Of a stretch of DNA of 64,000 nucleotides, positions 35,790 through 50,031 are shown one piece after another (the stretch's first letter is position 1; each line of letters opens with the position of its first letter). The translations under genes were made by a program, and so were the position numbers. The stretch spans positions 256,124,001-256,188,000 of the forward strand of contig NC_086097.1 in the NCBI RefSeq assembly GCF_963921235.1, in the 5' to 3' direction. The notes beneath the pieces were generated by a model. That model was not told the origin of the DNA, ran no database searches, and worked only from the letters and a program-made list of their open reading frames with translations. This DNA comes from Mobula hypostoma. Taxonomy: Eukaryota.

Positions 35790-38050
35790 ATTATCTGCAT
35801 TAAATTCCATCTGCCATTTTCGGGCCCATTTTTCCAATTAGTCCAGATCCCTCTGCAAGCTTTGAAAGCCTTCCTCGCTGTCCACAACACCTCCAATCTT
35901 CGTGTCATCAGCAAACTTGCTGATCTAATCATTGATATAGACAACAAACAACAATGATCCCAGCACAGATCCCTGAGGCACACCACTAGTCACAGGCCTC
36001 CAGTCTGAGAAGCAATCATCCACTACCACTCTCTGTCTCCCACACAGCCAATTTCGAATCCAGTTTACAACCTCTCCATAGATACCTAGTGTCTGAACCT
36101 TCTGAACTAACCTCCCATGTGGGACCATGTCAAAGGCCTTACTAAAGTCCATGTAGACAACATCCACAGCCTTTCCTTCAACTACTTTCTTGGTAACCTC
36201 CTCGAAAAACTCTACAAGATTCATTAAACACGATCTACCACACACAAAGTCATGATGACTATCCTTAATCAGCCCTTGGCTGTCCAAATACTTGTATATC
36301 CGATCTCTCAGAACACCTTCCAATAATTTACCTACTACTGATGTCAGGCTCACCGGCCTGTAGTTACCTGGTTTACTTTTGGAGCCTTTTTAAAACAACG
36401 GAACAACATGAGCTACCCTCCAATCCTCCAGCACTGCACCCATGGCTAAGGACACTTTAAATAGTTCTGCGAGGGCCCCTGTAATTTCTACACTAGTCTC
36501 TTTCAAGGTCCGAGGAAATATCATGTCAGGCCCGGGGGATTTATCTACCTTTATTCGCTGTAGGGCAGCAAGCATCTCCTCCTCTTTAATCTATATATGT
36601 TCCATGACACTACTACTTGTTTCCCTTCCTTCCATATATGCTATGCCAGTTTCCTGAGTAAATACTGATGCAAAAAAACAAAAAGATCTCCCCCATCTTG
36701 TGAGGCTCCACACATAGACGACCACTTTGATCTTCTAGGGGACCAATTTTGTCCCTTACTATCCTTTTACTCTTAATATACTTGTAGAAACCCTTCCAGT
36801 TTACCTTCACATTATCTGCCAGAGCAACCTCATATCTTCTTTTTGCCTTCATGATTTAGTATTTTCTTAGATTTTCGATACTGTTCAAGTACCTCATTTG
36901 TTCCTTATTGCCTATACCTGGAAAACTCCTCTCTTTTTCTTAACCAGATCGCCAATATCCCTTGAAAACGAAGGTTACCTATGCCTGTTAACTTTGCCTT
37001 TAATCCTGGCAGGAACATGCAAATTCTGCACTCTCAAAATTTCACCTTTGAAGGCCTTCCACTTACTGAACACATCCTTGCCAGAAAACAACTTATCCCA
37101 ATCCACTCTTCCTAGATTCTTTCTCATTTCCACAAAATTGGCCCTTCTCCAATTTAGATCGAACCTCAATTCGAGGACCAGATCAATCCTTATCCATAAT
37201 TAACTTGAAACTAATGACATTATGGTCACTGGACCCAAAATGTTCCCCTGCACATACTTCTGTCACCTAACCTGTCTGGTTCTCTAATAGGAGATCAAGT
37301 ATTGCATCCTCTCTCGTAGGTACCTCTATATATTCATTTAGAAAACTTTCCTGAACACATCTGACAAACTCCAAGCCATCTAGCCCTTTCACAGTGTGGG
37401 AGTCCCAGTATATATGTGGAAAGTTAAAATCCCCTACTATTACAACTTTCTGTTTCTTACTTCAGTCTGCTATCTCTCTACAGATTTGCTACAGTAGAGC
37501 CAGGCCTCCCCCTCTGCTTGCCTTCCTATGATACAACGTGTAAGCTTGGACATTCAGTTCCCAACTACAACCGTCCTTCAGGCATGATTCAGTGATGGCC
37601 ACAACATCATACCTGGCAATCTGTAATAGTGCAACAAGGTCATCCGCCTTATTTCTTGTACTCCGCGCATTGAGATACAACACCTTGACTACCGTATTTG
37701 CTACCCTTTTTAATTCTGCATCCCTAATGTACTGATACTCACCCTGTTGGCTGCAACTATGTTCCATTACCTGCCTGCTCTTCCTGACAGTCTGACTGCA
37801 CGCCATCTTTACTTTTTTTTTAAACCATCCATCCTATACTGAGTCCCATTACTCTGGTTCCCACCCCCCTGCCAAATTAGTTTAAACCCTCCCCAACAGA
37901 TCTAACAAACCTGCCCACAAGAATATTGGTCCCCCTCGGGTTCAGGTGCAACCCATCACTTTTGAACAGGTCATATCTCCCTCAGAAGAGATCCCAATGA
38001 TCGAAGAATCTGAAGCCCTGCCCCTTGCACCAGCTTCTCAGCCACACATT
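35790..38050 (-). mobile_element. Degenerate CR1 pieces (RT, APE, ORF1/ORF2 junction)
   Basis: DFSKAFD, KSPGPD and LYLNARS motifs in ORFs 35786-37806. Confidence 0.85.
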
Positions 38051-38051
38051 T

Positions 38052-39927
38052 ATAGAAACATAGAAACAGAAAATAGGTGCAGGAGTAGGCCATTCGGCCC
38101 TTCGAACCTGCACCACCATTCAGTATGATCATGGCTGATCATCCAACTCTAAACCCTGCACCAGCCCTCCCTCCATACCCCCTGATCGCTTTAGCCACAA
38201 GGGCCATATCTAACTCCCTCTTAAATATAGCCAATGAACTGGCCTCAACTGTTTCCTGTGGCAGAGAATTCCACAGATTCACCACTCTCTGTGTGAAGAA
38301 GTTTTTCCTAATCTCGGTCCTAAAAGGCTTCCCCTTTATCCTCAAACTGTGACCCCTCGTTCTGGACTTCCTGAACATCGGGAACAATCTTCCTGCATCT
38401 AGCCTGTCCAATCCCTTTCGGATTTTATACGTTTCAATCAGATCCCCCATCAATCTTCTAAATTCCAACGAGTATAAGCCTAATTCATCCAGTCTTTCAT
38501 CATATGAAAGTCCTGCCATCCCAGGAATCAATCTGGTGAACCTTCTTTGTACTCCCTCTATGGCAAGGATGTCTTTCCTCAGATTAGGGGACCAAAACTG
38601 CACACAATACTCCAGGTGTGGTCTCACCAAGGCCTTGTACAACTGCAGTAGTACCACTCTGCTCCTGTACTCGAATCCTCTTGCTATAAATGCCAGCATA
38701 CCATTCGCCTTTTTCACCGCCTGCTGTACCTGCATGCCCACTTTCAATGACTGGTGTATAATGACACCCAGGTCTCGTTGCACCTCCCCTTTTCCTAATC
38801 GGCCACCATTCAGATAATAATCTGTTTTCCTATTTTTGCCACCAAAGTGGATAACTTCACATTTATCCACATTAAATTGCATCTGCCATGAATTTGCCCA
38901 CTCACCTAACCTATCCAAGTCACCCTGCATCCTCCTCACAGCTAACACTGCCGCCCAGCTTCGTGTCATCCGCAAACTTGGAGATGCTGCATTTAATTCC
39001 CTCATCCAAGTCATTAATATATATTGTAAACAACTGGGGTCCCAGCACTGAGCCTTGCGGTACCCCACTAGTCACCGCCTGCCATTCTGAAAAGGTCCCG
39101 TTTATTCCCACTCTTTGCTTCCTGTCTGCCAACCAATTCTCTATCCACATCAATACCTTACCCCCAATACCGTGTGCTTTAAGTTTGCACACTAATCTCC
39201 TGTGTGGGACCTTGTCAAAAGCCTTTTGAAAACCCAAATATACCACATCCACTGGTTCTCCCCTATCCACTCTACTAGCTACATCCTCAAAAAATTCTAT
39301 GAGATTCGTCAGACATGATTTTCCTTTCACAAATCTATGCTGACTTTGTCCAATGATTTCACCACTTTCCAAATGTGCTGTTATCACATCTTTGATAACT
39401 GACTCTAGCAGTTTCCCCACCACCGATGTTAGGCTAACCGGTCTATAATTCCCCAGTTTCTCTCTCCCTCCTTTTTTAAAAAGTGGGGTTACATTAGCCA
39501 CCCTCCAATCCTCAGGAACTAGTCCAGAATCTAAAGACTTTTGAAAAATTATCACTAATGCATCCACTATTTCTTGGGCTACTTCCTTAAGCACTCTGGG
39601 ATGCAGACCATCTGGCCCTGGGGATTTATCTGCCTTTAATCCCTTCAATTTACCTAACACCACTTCCCTACTAACATGTATTTCCCTCAGTTCCTCCATC
39701 TCACTGGACCCTCTGCCCCCTACTATTTCCAGAAGATTATTTATGTCCTCCTTAGTGAAGACAGAACCAAAGTAATTATTCAATTGGTCTGCCATGTCCT
39801 TGATCCCCATAATCAATTCACCTGTTTCTGTCTGTAGGGGACCTACATTTGTCTTAACCAATCTTTTTCTTTTCACATATCTATAAAAGCTTTTACAGTC
39901 AGTTTTTATGTTCCCTGCCAGTTTTCT
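38052..39927 (-). mobile_element. Young 5'-truncated CR1, same family as 29222-30965
   Basis: Two long ORFs separated by one small deletion near 38930; atagaaac tail. Confidence 0.95.
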
Positions 39928-40029
39928 GTCAAATCATCCTGTTTCTACCCTCACTGGTGTGTGGTACAGACAGCAATCCAGGAATTACTACCCTGGAAGT
40001 CCTGATTCTCAGCTTTCTACCTAGCTTTC

Positions 40030-42015
40030 TAAATTCTCTAAATATGACCTGTCTACAACCACTCTTTGCCTTTTGTGGGCAAGCCAGTTCTGGATCCACA
40101 AAGCAATGTCCCCTTGGATCCCATGCCTGCTTACTTTCTCAATAAACCTTGCATGGGGTACCTATCAAATGCCTTGCTGAAATCCATATATACTATATCT
40201 ACTGCTCTTCTTTCATCAACATATTTAGTCACATCCTCAAAAAATTCAACCAGGCTCGTAAGGCACAACCTGCCCTTGACAAAGCCAAGCTGACTATTCC
40301 TAATCATATTATACCTCTCCAAATGTTCATAAATCCTGCCTCTCAGGATCTTCTCAATCAACTTACCAAGCACTGAGGTAAGACTCACTGGTCTATAATT
40401 TCCTGGGCTATCTCTACTCCTTTTCTTGAATAAGGGAACAACATCTGCAACCCTCCAATCCTCTGGAACCTCTCCCGTCCCCATTGATGATGCAAAGATC
40501 ATTGCCAGAGGCTCAGCAGTCTCCTCCCTCACCTCCCGCAGCAGCCTGGGGTACATCTCATCTGGTCCCGGCGACTTATCCAACTTGATGCTTTCCAAAA
40601 GCTCCAGCACATCCTCTGTCTTAATATCTGCATGCTCAAGCTTTTCAGTCTGCTGCAAATCATCACTACAATCACCAAGATCCTTTTCCATAGTGAATAC
40701 TGAAGTAAAGTACCTCTGCTATTTCCTCCGGTTCCATACATACTTTCCCACTGTCACACTTGATAGGTCCTATTCTTTCACGTCTTATCCTCTTGCTCTT
40801 CACATACTTGTAGAATGCCTTGGGGTTTCCTTAATCCTGCCCGATAAGGCCTCCTCATGGGTCCTTCTGGCTCTCCGAATTTCCTTTTGAAGCTCCTTCC
40901 TGTTAGCTTTATAATCTTCTGGATCTCTAACATTACCTAGCTCTCTGAACCTTTTGTAAGCTTTTCTTTTCTTCTTGACTAGATTTATTACAGCCTTTGT
41001 ACACCACAGTTCCTGTACCCTATCATAACTTCCCTGTCTCACTGGAACGTACCTATGCAGAACTCCACACAACTATCCCCTGAACATTTGCCACATTTCT
41101 TCCGTACTTTTCCCTGAGAATATGTTTCCAATTTAAGCTTCCAATTTCCTGCCTGATAGCCTCATAATTCCCTTTACTCCAACTAAACCCTTTTTTAACT
41201 TGTTTATTCCGATCTCTCTCCAATGCTATTGTAATAAAAGGAGATAGAATTATGATCACTATCTCCAAAATGCTCTCCCACTGAGAGATCTGACACCTGA
41301 CCAGGTTCATTTCCCAATACCAAATCAAGTACAGCCTCTCCTCTTATAGGCTTATCTACATATTGTGTCAAAAACCTTCCTGAACACACCTAATAAACTC
41401 CATCCAATCTAAACCCCTTGCTCTAGGGCAGGGGTCCCCAACCTTTTTTGCACTGCAGACTAGTTTAATATTTACGATATTCTTGCGGACTAGCCGGTGG
41501 GCGGGGGGGGGGGTGGTGGTGTTCAAGTTCAACAGTGTGTGACAGAGAAGGAGGAAAGATGCAGCTGACTCATATCATTTCCATAAGACCATAAGACAAA
41601 GGAGCAGAAGTCAGCCATTCGGCCCATCGTGTCTGCTCCACCATTTTATCATGAGCTGATCCATTCTCCCATTTAGTCCCACTCCCCCGCCTTCTTTTCA
41701 TATCACCAAATCATATTGTTTACTTGCGGCCCGGTAGCACATGCTTTGTGACCTGGTATTTGGGGACCACTGCTCTAGAGAGATGCCAATCGATATTTGG
41801 GAAATTAAAATCTCCCACCACGACAACTCTGTTATTATTACACCTTTCCAGGATCTGTTTCCCTATCTGCTCCTTGATATCCTTGTTACTACTGGGCGGC
41901 CTATAAAAAACACCCAGTGAAGTTATTGACCCCTTCCTGTTCCTAACCTCCACCCACAGAGACTCCGTAGACAAACCCTCCATGACGTCCACCTTTTCTG
42001 CAGCCGTGACACTAT
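40030..42015 (-). mobile_element. Degenerate CR1 ORF2, interrupted by a hAT MITE
   Basis: APE and RT motifs in ORFs 40131-41389 and GDFNFPNIDW near 41800. Confidence 0.88.
41429..41772. mobile_element. Non-autonomous hAT (Charlie-type) MITE carrying a CR1 3' tail fragment (~41582-41695)
   Basis: TIRs CAGGGGTCCCCAA / TTGGGGACCACTG; 8-bp TSD CTCTAGGG / CTCTAGAG (NTCTAGAN). Confidence 0.85.
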
Positions 42016-42750
42016 CTCTCATGTCCTCACTCTCCCATACAGGCCGAAGGTCATCCAGTTGCTGCTCCAGATCCTTAACACGGTCTTGAAGGAGCTGCAG
42101 CCCGATGCACTTCACACAGATGTAGTTCCCCGGGAGAGTTCTCCAACATCCAGAATGAAGAACACACAACCGCCATTTACTACAACAGGTATAGTAAGAG
42201 AAAAACAAAAAGAAAACCTGAACGTAAGCTTGCCCCGAGCCAACATCTCCTCCGAGCCGAAGCCTGACGCTTCTGCTGGCCTACTCCCGACAATGGCAGT
42301 TGATAGGGCCTCTACAATGGCCAAATGCCTGCGAAGTTCTCCTTTTAAATTAGCGTCGCCGACCTGCAAGAAACCTCTTCACAGTGCTCTGCTCCCACCA
42401 CTGATGGTGCCTCTGCCCTATCCCCCTAAACTCACTGCACTCTACCCCTCTCCTGCCTATGTCATTGGTACCAACATGTACCACGACCTCTGGCTGCTCA
42501 GCCTCCCCTGCCACCGCTCAGAGATATCCTGGACCCTAGCAACTGGGAGACAACACACTATTATGGTGCCTCTTTTGCTGGCACAGATTCTCCTATCTGG
42601 CCCCCTAACTATCAAGACCCCTATGACTATTGCTCCGCCTGACTTCACCCTTCCATTCTGAGACTCAGAGCTGACTGCAGTGCTATTGGTCTGGCTGCTG
42701 CTGCCTTGCCCAGAAAGGTCATCCCCCACAGCAGTATCCAAAGGGTACTG

Positions 42751-43136
42751 TGTCTTGGTCCCTTCTGGCAATCCCCCACCTTGCTAGTTACCTCAGGAAC
42801 TGGGCCTCAATCCCCTTGTTGAATTTCCAATCATTCCCAGGTTCCACTAACTACACACACCTGCTTTCCACCAGAAAATGCAGGATAAAGACCCTGTGAT
42901 CACAACAAGGAGCTGCCAGTTTGTTGGTCGACTCTAGTGTGAGTAAACCTCAATTCCTGATTCCTGAGAACTGTCAGTTCTAAAATCCGCATCGTTTCCT
43001 GGATACTCTACGTGACCCTTGTCTCTGTGTAAAGACTCTCTTGGATACTGGTTCCCCGTTCACGGCGGTGCTCACGACTCTGCCTCAGCGCCTGTGTCCT
43101 GCACTTGAGTTCGTCGCCAGCCACATCCTTGCAACA
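42751..43136 (+). mobile_element. Solo LTR (386 bp) with 5-bp TSD TACTG, inserted in a CR1 ORF1 relic
   Basis: TG...CA termini. TACTG at 42746-42750 and 43137-43141. The host CR1 ORF1 resumes. Orientation tentative. Confidence 0.75.
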
Positions 43137-43194
43137 TACTGTTGCTGAGGGGAATGGCCACAGGAGGACCCTGCACTGACATCCTTCTCCCTTT

Positions 43195-44590
43195 ACCTCT
43201 TTTCCCTTATCGCTTTTTTAGTTGCCTTTTGTTGGAATTTAAAAGCTTCCCAATCATCCAATTTCCTACTCACTTTTGCTACTTTATATACCTTTTCCAT
43301 GGCTTTTATGCAGTCCTTAACCCTCTCTGTCAGCCACAGTTGCCTATCTCTGTCATTTGAGAACAACTTCCTCCGCAGGACATCTGTTCTGCGATTTGTA
43401 AGCTTGAAACTTCAGCCATCTCTGCTCTGCCATCATCCCCACCAGTATCCTCCTCCAATCCACTTGGGCAAGCTCCTCTCTCATGCCTCTGTAATTTCTT
43501 TTATTCCATTGCAATATTGATACATCTGATTTATGCTTTTCCTTCTCAAATTACAGGATGAATTGAATCAGATTATGATCACTGCCTCCTAAGGGTTCCT
43601 TTACATTAAGCTCCCTAATAAGATCTGGGTTATTACACAACACCCAATCAAAGACAGCTTTCTCCAAGTAGGCTCAAGCACAAGCTGCTCTAAAAAGCCA
43701 TCTCGTAGGCATTTAACAAATTCCCTCTTTTGTGATCCGACACCAACCTGATTTTCCTCATCCCCTTGCATATTGAAGTCCTCCATTACAATTGTGACAG
43801 TATCCTTATCACATGCCTTTTCCAGCTCCCTTTGCAATCTCAACCCCTCATCTTGGCTACCATTTAGAGGCCAAGATATGATTCCCATAACGTTTTTTGT
43901 ACCCTTGCAATTTCTTAACCCTACCCACAAAGATTCAACATTCTTGAACTCTACGTCACCTCTTTCTAAAGAGGTAATTCCATCTCTTATCAACAGAGCC
44001 ACAACACCACCTATGACTTCCTGCCTGTCCTTTCGATACAAAGTATATCCTTTGACATTATGATCCCAACTATAGCCTTTCAGCCACGACTCACTGATGC
44101 CCACAACAACATACCATCCAACCTCCGATTCCACCACAAGTTCATTCACCTTATTCCAAATGCTACGCACATTTAAATACAGCACTTTCAGTCTACGTTC
44201 TTCGCCCTTTTGAATTTTGCCTCAGTGGTACAATTTAACTCTTTGCTCTGTCTGCATTTGTACCCAATCATTGGCTTGTCCTTCGTTACATTCATGTTAC
44301 ACCCATCATTTACTTGTAAACCTGCTGGCTCAAATTCAGCTCTGTCATCCTGGTTTCCATCCCCTTGCCATATTAGTTTAACCTCTCAACAGCTCTAGTA
44401 AATCTGCCCACAGGAATATTGGTCCCTCTCAGAATCAAGTGCAACCCATTCCTTTTGTACAGGTCACACCTGCCCCAGAAGAGGTCCCAATTATCCAGAA
44501 ATCTGAATCCCTGCCCCCGATCCAATTATTCAGCCATGCATTTATCCTCCACCTCATTCTATTCCTAACCTCATTGTTGCTTGGCATAGG
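43195..44590 (-). mobile_element. Degenerate CR1 (end of ORF1 and APE domain)
   Basis: LYLNVRS, ISESWL, YTLYRKDR motifs. Confidence 0.85.
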
Positions 44591-44592
44591 TT

Positions 44593-47375
44593 AGAAACCA
44601 TAGAAACCATAGAAACTACAGCACAGAAACAGGCCCTTTGGCCCTTCTTGGCTGTGCCGAACCATTTTCTGCCTAGTCCCACTGACCTGCACACGGACCA
44701 TATCCCTCCATACACCTCCCATCCATGTATCTGTCCAATTTATTCTTAAATGTTAAAAAAGAACCCGCATTTACCACCTCGTCTGGCAGCTCATTCCATA
44801 CTCCCACCACTCTCTGTGTGAAGAAGCCCCCCCTAATGTTCCCTTTAAACTTTTCCCCCCTCACCCTTAACCCATGTCCTCTGGTTTTTTTCTCCCCTTG
44901 CCTCAGTGGAAAAAGCCTGCTTGCATTCACTCTATCTATACCCATCATAATTTTATATACCTCTATCAAATCTCCCCTCATTCTTCTACACTCCAGGGAA
45001 TAAAGTCCTAACCTATTCAACCTTTCTCTGTAACTGAGTTTCTCAAGTCCTGGCAACATCCTTGTAAACCTTCTCTGCACTCTTTCAACCTTATTTATAT
45101 CCTTCCTGTAATTTGGTGACCAAAACTGAACACAATACTCCAGATTCGGCCTCACCAATGCCTTATACAACCTCATCATAACATTCCAGCTCTTATACTC
45201 AATACTTCGATTAATAAAGGCCAATGTACCAAAAGCTCTCTTTACGACCCTATCTACCTGTGACGACACTTTTAGGGAATTTTGTATCTGTATTCCCAGA
45301 TCCCTCTGTTCCACTGCACTCCTCAGTGCCTTACCATTAACCCTGTATGTTCTACCTTGGTTTGTCCTTCCAACGTGCAATACCTCACACTTGTCAGTAT
45401 TAAACTCCATCTGCCATTTTTCAGCCCATTTTTCCAGATGGTCCAAGTCCCTCTGCAAGCTCTGAAAACCTTCCTCACTGTCTACTACACCTCCAATCTT
45501 TGTATCATCAGCAAACTTGCTGATCCAATTTACCACATTATCATCCAGATCATTGACATAGATGACAAATAACAATGGACCCAGCACTGATCCCTGTGGC
45601 ACACCACTAGTCACAGGCCTCCACTCAGAGAAGCAATTCTCAACCACCACTCTCTGGCTTCTTCCATTGAGCCAATGTCCAATCCAATTTACCACCTCTC
45701 CATGTATACCTAGCGACTGAATTTTCCTAACTAACCTCCCGTGCGGGACCTTGTCAAAGGCCTTACTGAAGTGCATGTAGACAATATCCACTGCCTTCCC
45801 GTCATCCACTTTCCTGGTAACCTCCTCGAAAAACTCCAACAGATTGGTCAAACATGACCTACCACGCACAAAGCCATGTTGACTCTCCCTAATAAGCCCC
45901 TGTCTATCCAAATGCTTGTAGATTCTGTCTCTTAGTACTCCCTCCAATAATTTACTTACTACTGACGTTAAACTCACTGGCCTATAATTTCCCGGATTAC
46001 TTTTCGATCCTTTTTTAAACAACGGAACAACATGAGCCACTCTCCAATCCTCCGGCACTTCACCCGTAGACAGCGACATTTTAAATATTTCTGCCAGGAC
46101 CCCCGCAATTTCAACACTGGTCTCCTTCAAGGTCCGAGGGAACACCCTGTCAGGTCCTGGGGATTTATCCACTTTAATTTTCCTCAAGACAGCAAGCACC
46201 TCCTCCTTTTCAATCTGTACAGTTTCCATGATCTCACTACTTGTTTCCCTTAATTCCATAGACTTCATGCCAGTTTCCTTCGTAAATACAGACACAAAAA
46301 ACTTATTTAAAATCTCTCCCATTTCCTTTGGTTCCGCACATAGCCGACCACTCTGATCTTCAAGAGGACCAATTTTATCCCTTACAAACCTTTTGCTCTT
46401 AATATATCTGTAAAAGCTCTTTGGATTATCCTTCACTTTGACTGCCAAGGCAACCTCATGTCTACTTTTAGCCCTCCTGATTTCTTTCTTCAGTATTTTC
46501 TTGCACTTCTTATACTCCTCAAGCAACTTATTTACTCCCTGTTTCCTATACATGTCATACAACTCCCTCTTCTTCTTTATCAGAGTTGCAATATCCCTTG
46601 AGAACCAAGGTTCCTTATTCCTATTTACTTTGCCTTTAATCCTGACAGGAATATACAACCTCTGCACTCTCAAAATTTCTCCTTTGAAGGCTTCCCAGCT
46701 ACCAATCACATCTTTGCCAGAGAACAACCTGTCGCAATCCATGCTTTTTAGATCCTTTCTCATTTCTTCAAATTTGGCCTTCTTCCAGTTCACACCTCAA
46801 CCTTAGGACCAGATCTATCCTCGTCCATGATCAAGTTGAAACTAATGGTGTTATGATCACTGGAACCAAAGTGCTCCCCTACACAGACTTCCGTCACTTG
46901 TCCCAACTCGTTTCCTAACAGGAGATCCAATATTGCATCCCCTCTAGTTGGTCCCTCTATATATTGATTTAGAAAACTTTCCTGAACACATTTTACCAAC
47001 TCTAAACCATCTGGACCTCTAACAGTATGGAAGTCCCAGTCAATATATGGAAAATTAAAATCCCCTACCACCACAACTTTATGTTTCCTGCAGTTGTCTG
47101 CTATCTCTCTGCAGATTTGCTCTTCCAAGTCTCGTTAACTATTGGGTGGTCTGTAATACGATCCCACTAATGTGGCCTACCTTTCCTGTTTCTCAGCTCC
47201 ACCCATAAGGACTCAGTAGACAAGCCCTCTAATCTGTCCTGCCTGAGCACTGCTGTAATATTTTCCCTAACAAGCAATGCTACTCCCCCACCTTTCATTC
47301 CTCTGCCTTGATCACATCTGAAACATCGGAATCCCGGAATATTAAGCTGCCAGTCCTGCCCCTCCTGTAGCCAAG
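44593..47375 (-). mobile_element. Young CR1 LINE with near-intact ORF2 (706-aa open segment plus upstream APE)
   Basis: Complete RT with FADD, one frameshift near 46790, (tagaaacca)n tail. Confidence 0.96.
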
Positions 47376-48189
47376 TTTCAGTCCCAAGGTTGTAGTCCCG
47401 AGATTACTAACCTTGAGGTCCTGCTTCTCAGCTTCCCTATATTCTTTTTTCAGGACCTCCTCCTTTTTTCTTCCTTTGTCATTGGTACCAATATGTACCA
47501 TGGCTTTTGGCGGCTTACCCTGCCTTTACAGGATATTGTGGACGTGTCTAAAGACATCTCCGACCCTGGCATCTGGAGGGAAGTTATTGCTAAGGAAGCA
47601 ATGTGCAGAAGGACTTAGACAAATTGGAAGAATGGGCAAAAAAGTGGAAGATGGAATACAGGCAACACACATCAAAGTTGCTGGTGAACACATGGAATAC
47701 AGATGGAATACAGTGATGGGGAATATGATAATGCAGACTATTATCTAAATAGGGAGAAAATTCAAACATCAGAGGTGCAGAGGGACCGGAGTCCTCATGC
47801 AAGACTCCCAGAGGGTTAACTTACAGGTTAAGTCTGTGGTAAAGAAGGCAAATACAATGTTGCTGGAGTATTGTCAACATATTTAGGCCCCTTATCTTAG
47901 AAATGTGTGCTGTTATTGGAGAGAGTCCAGAGGAGGTTCGCAAAGATGATTCTGAGAATGAAGGAGTTAACATATGAGGAGCGTTTAGCAACTTTGGACC
48001 TGTACTCACTGGAATTTAGAAGAATGTGGAGATGATCTCATTGAAACCTACCAAATGTTGAAAGGGCTAGATAAAGTGGATGTGGAGAGGATGTTTCCTT
48101 CGGTTGGAGTGTCCAGAACTAGAGGGCACAGCTTCAAAATTAAAACAGTGTTAAGAAGGAATTTTTTTAACCAAAGAGTAGTGAATCTG

Positions 48190-48935
48190 TACTACTCACA
48201 CTACTTTTCTTAGGCACTGGTATAATTGTTGTCTTTTTGAAGCAAGTGGAACTTCCAACATAGCAGTAAGAGGTTGAAAATGTCCTTGAATATTCCCATT
48301 TGATAGTTGGCACAAGTTTTTTGAACCTTACCAGTTACTCCATCGGGGCCTGCCATTCTCCCTCCTTAAAGACAGCCTAACATTGGCCTCTGAGTCCGAG
48401 ATCACAGGGTTACTGGATGCAGCGGAATTCTTCACAGATGTAGTTATACTCTCCCTTTCAAAGTGGGCATCGAAGCCTTTGAGCTCATCTGGTAGTGAAG
48501 GATGGCTGCCATTGATGCTATTGGGTTTCGCTTTGCAGGAAGTAATGTCTTCCAAACCCTACCAGAGTTGATATGCATCCAATGTCACCTGCAATTTCAC
48601 TCTGAATTGTCTCTTCACTCTTGAAATAGGCCTCTGCAAGTCATTTCTGTTTTTTTTTTAAACAGACCTGGGTTACGAGACTTGTACACCACAGATCTAG
48701 CCCGAGCAGATGACATATCTCCTGGTTCATCCACAGCTTTTGGTTTGGAAATGTACAAGTTTTTGTAGGCACGCACATGTGCACACAGGTTTTAATGAAG
48801 TCAGTAACAAATTCAGAATAATCCAAATTCAGAGATAAACCACTGTATAGAGTGAAGTCCACCGATTCAAAGCAGTCCTGTAAGCTCTCCTGTGCCTCCC
48901 TTGTCCATATTTTCTTGGTCCTCACTACTGGTGTT
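48190..48935 (-). mobile_element. Rex1/Babar-like LINE fragment
   Basis: LQDCFESVD, FPNQKLWMN, LPDELKGFDAHFE. Confidence 0.75.
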
Positions 48936-49992
48936 GAGATGAGACTTTATACAGGTATACAAAATTATGAAGGGTATAACTAGAGTAAATGCAAGCAGGC
49001 TTTTTGCACTGAGTTGGGTAGATTTACAACCAGAGGTCATGGGTTAAGGGTGAAAGCTGAGAAATTTAAGGGGAACATGAGGGGAAACTTCTTCCCTCAG
49101 AGGGTTGTGAATAAGCTGTCAGCAAAAGTGGCACATGCAGCAAGCTCGATTTCAAGAGAAGTTTGGATAGGTACATGCATAGTGTTCTATGACTATATAG
49201 TAGGGATATGGAGGGTTATGATCCCAGTGCAGGTCGATGGGAGTTGGCAGCTTAAATGGTTTAGCATGACTATATGGGCCAAATGGCCTGCATCTGCACT
49301 GCACGTCTCTATGCCTCTGACTAAAGTGTTTCAAGAAGGTTCTAACAACATCTTCACAAGAACACTGATGGTAAGAATTTGCTTTGCCAATGATAGCCAC
49401 ATTGCGAATAATAAGATTCCACTGCATTTCAGCAAAGTATAATTAAATATTTGAAGTTGGAAAGCTCTGATGCATTGCAGTGATTCTGAGTAGTGCCATC
49501 AACCTGCACCTGGGCCATAGCCCTCCATACATCTCCCATTCATATATTTGTCCAAAGTTCTCTTAAACGTTGAAATTGACCCCACATCCACCACTTCTGC
49601 TGGCAGCTAATTCCACACTCTCACCACTCTCCGAATAAAGTGGTTTCTCATCATGTTCCCCTTAAACTTCTCAACTTTCACCTTTAACCCACAATCTCTG
49701 GTTCTAATTTAACCCAACCTCAGTGGAAAAATCCTGCTTGCATTAACCCTGTCTTCTCTCCTCATAATTTTTTATGCCTCTATCAAATCTCCCCTCATTC
49801 TCCTATGCTCCAGGGGATAAAGTCCTGACCTATTCAACTTTTTCCTATAACTCAGGTCCCTTGTCCTGACAACATCCTGTAACCTAATTTTTTTATTGTC
49901 AAATCAGTGAACACTCCTGTATACACAAGTATTCTGAACACAAGAGAAAAATGTACAAGTATCAGCAATTTAAGACTCGCCAGGCTACTTAC

Positions 49993-50031
49993 CCTTTTCT
50001 CTAAAAGAATCATTTTGAAGAGAATTATTAT
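49993..50031 (-). CDS. AVL9: AVL9 coding micro-exon, 39 nt (IIILFKMILLEKR)
   Basis: Minus strand tttttgcag|ATAATAATT...GAGAAAAGG|gtaagt. Matches AVL9 VLILFKLILLEKK, phase 0, directly precedes the 70-nt exon in the protein. Confidence 0.92.

Noticed and set aside
41720..42208. ORF joining a CR1 ORF1 zinc finger to APE sequence
   Set aside because: Juxtaposed or deleted CR1 fragments ending in MITE sequence; no sign of a host gene.
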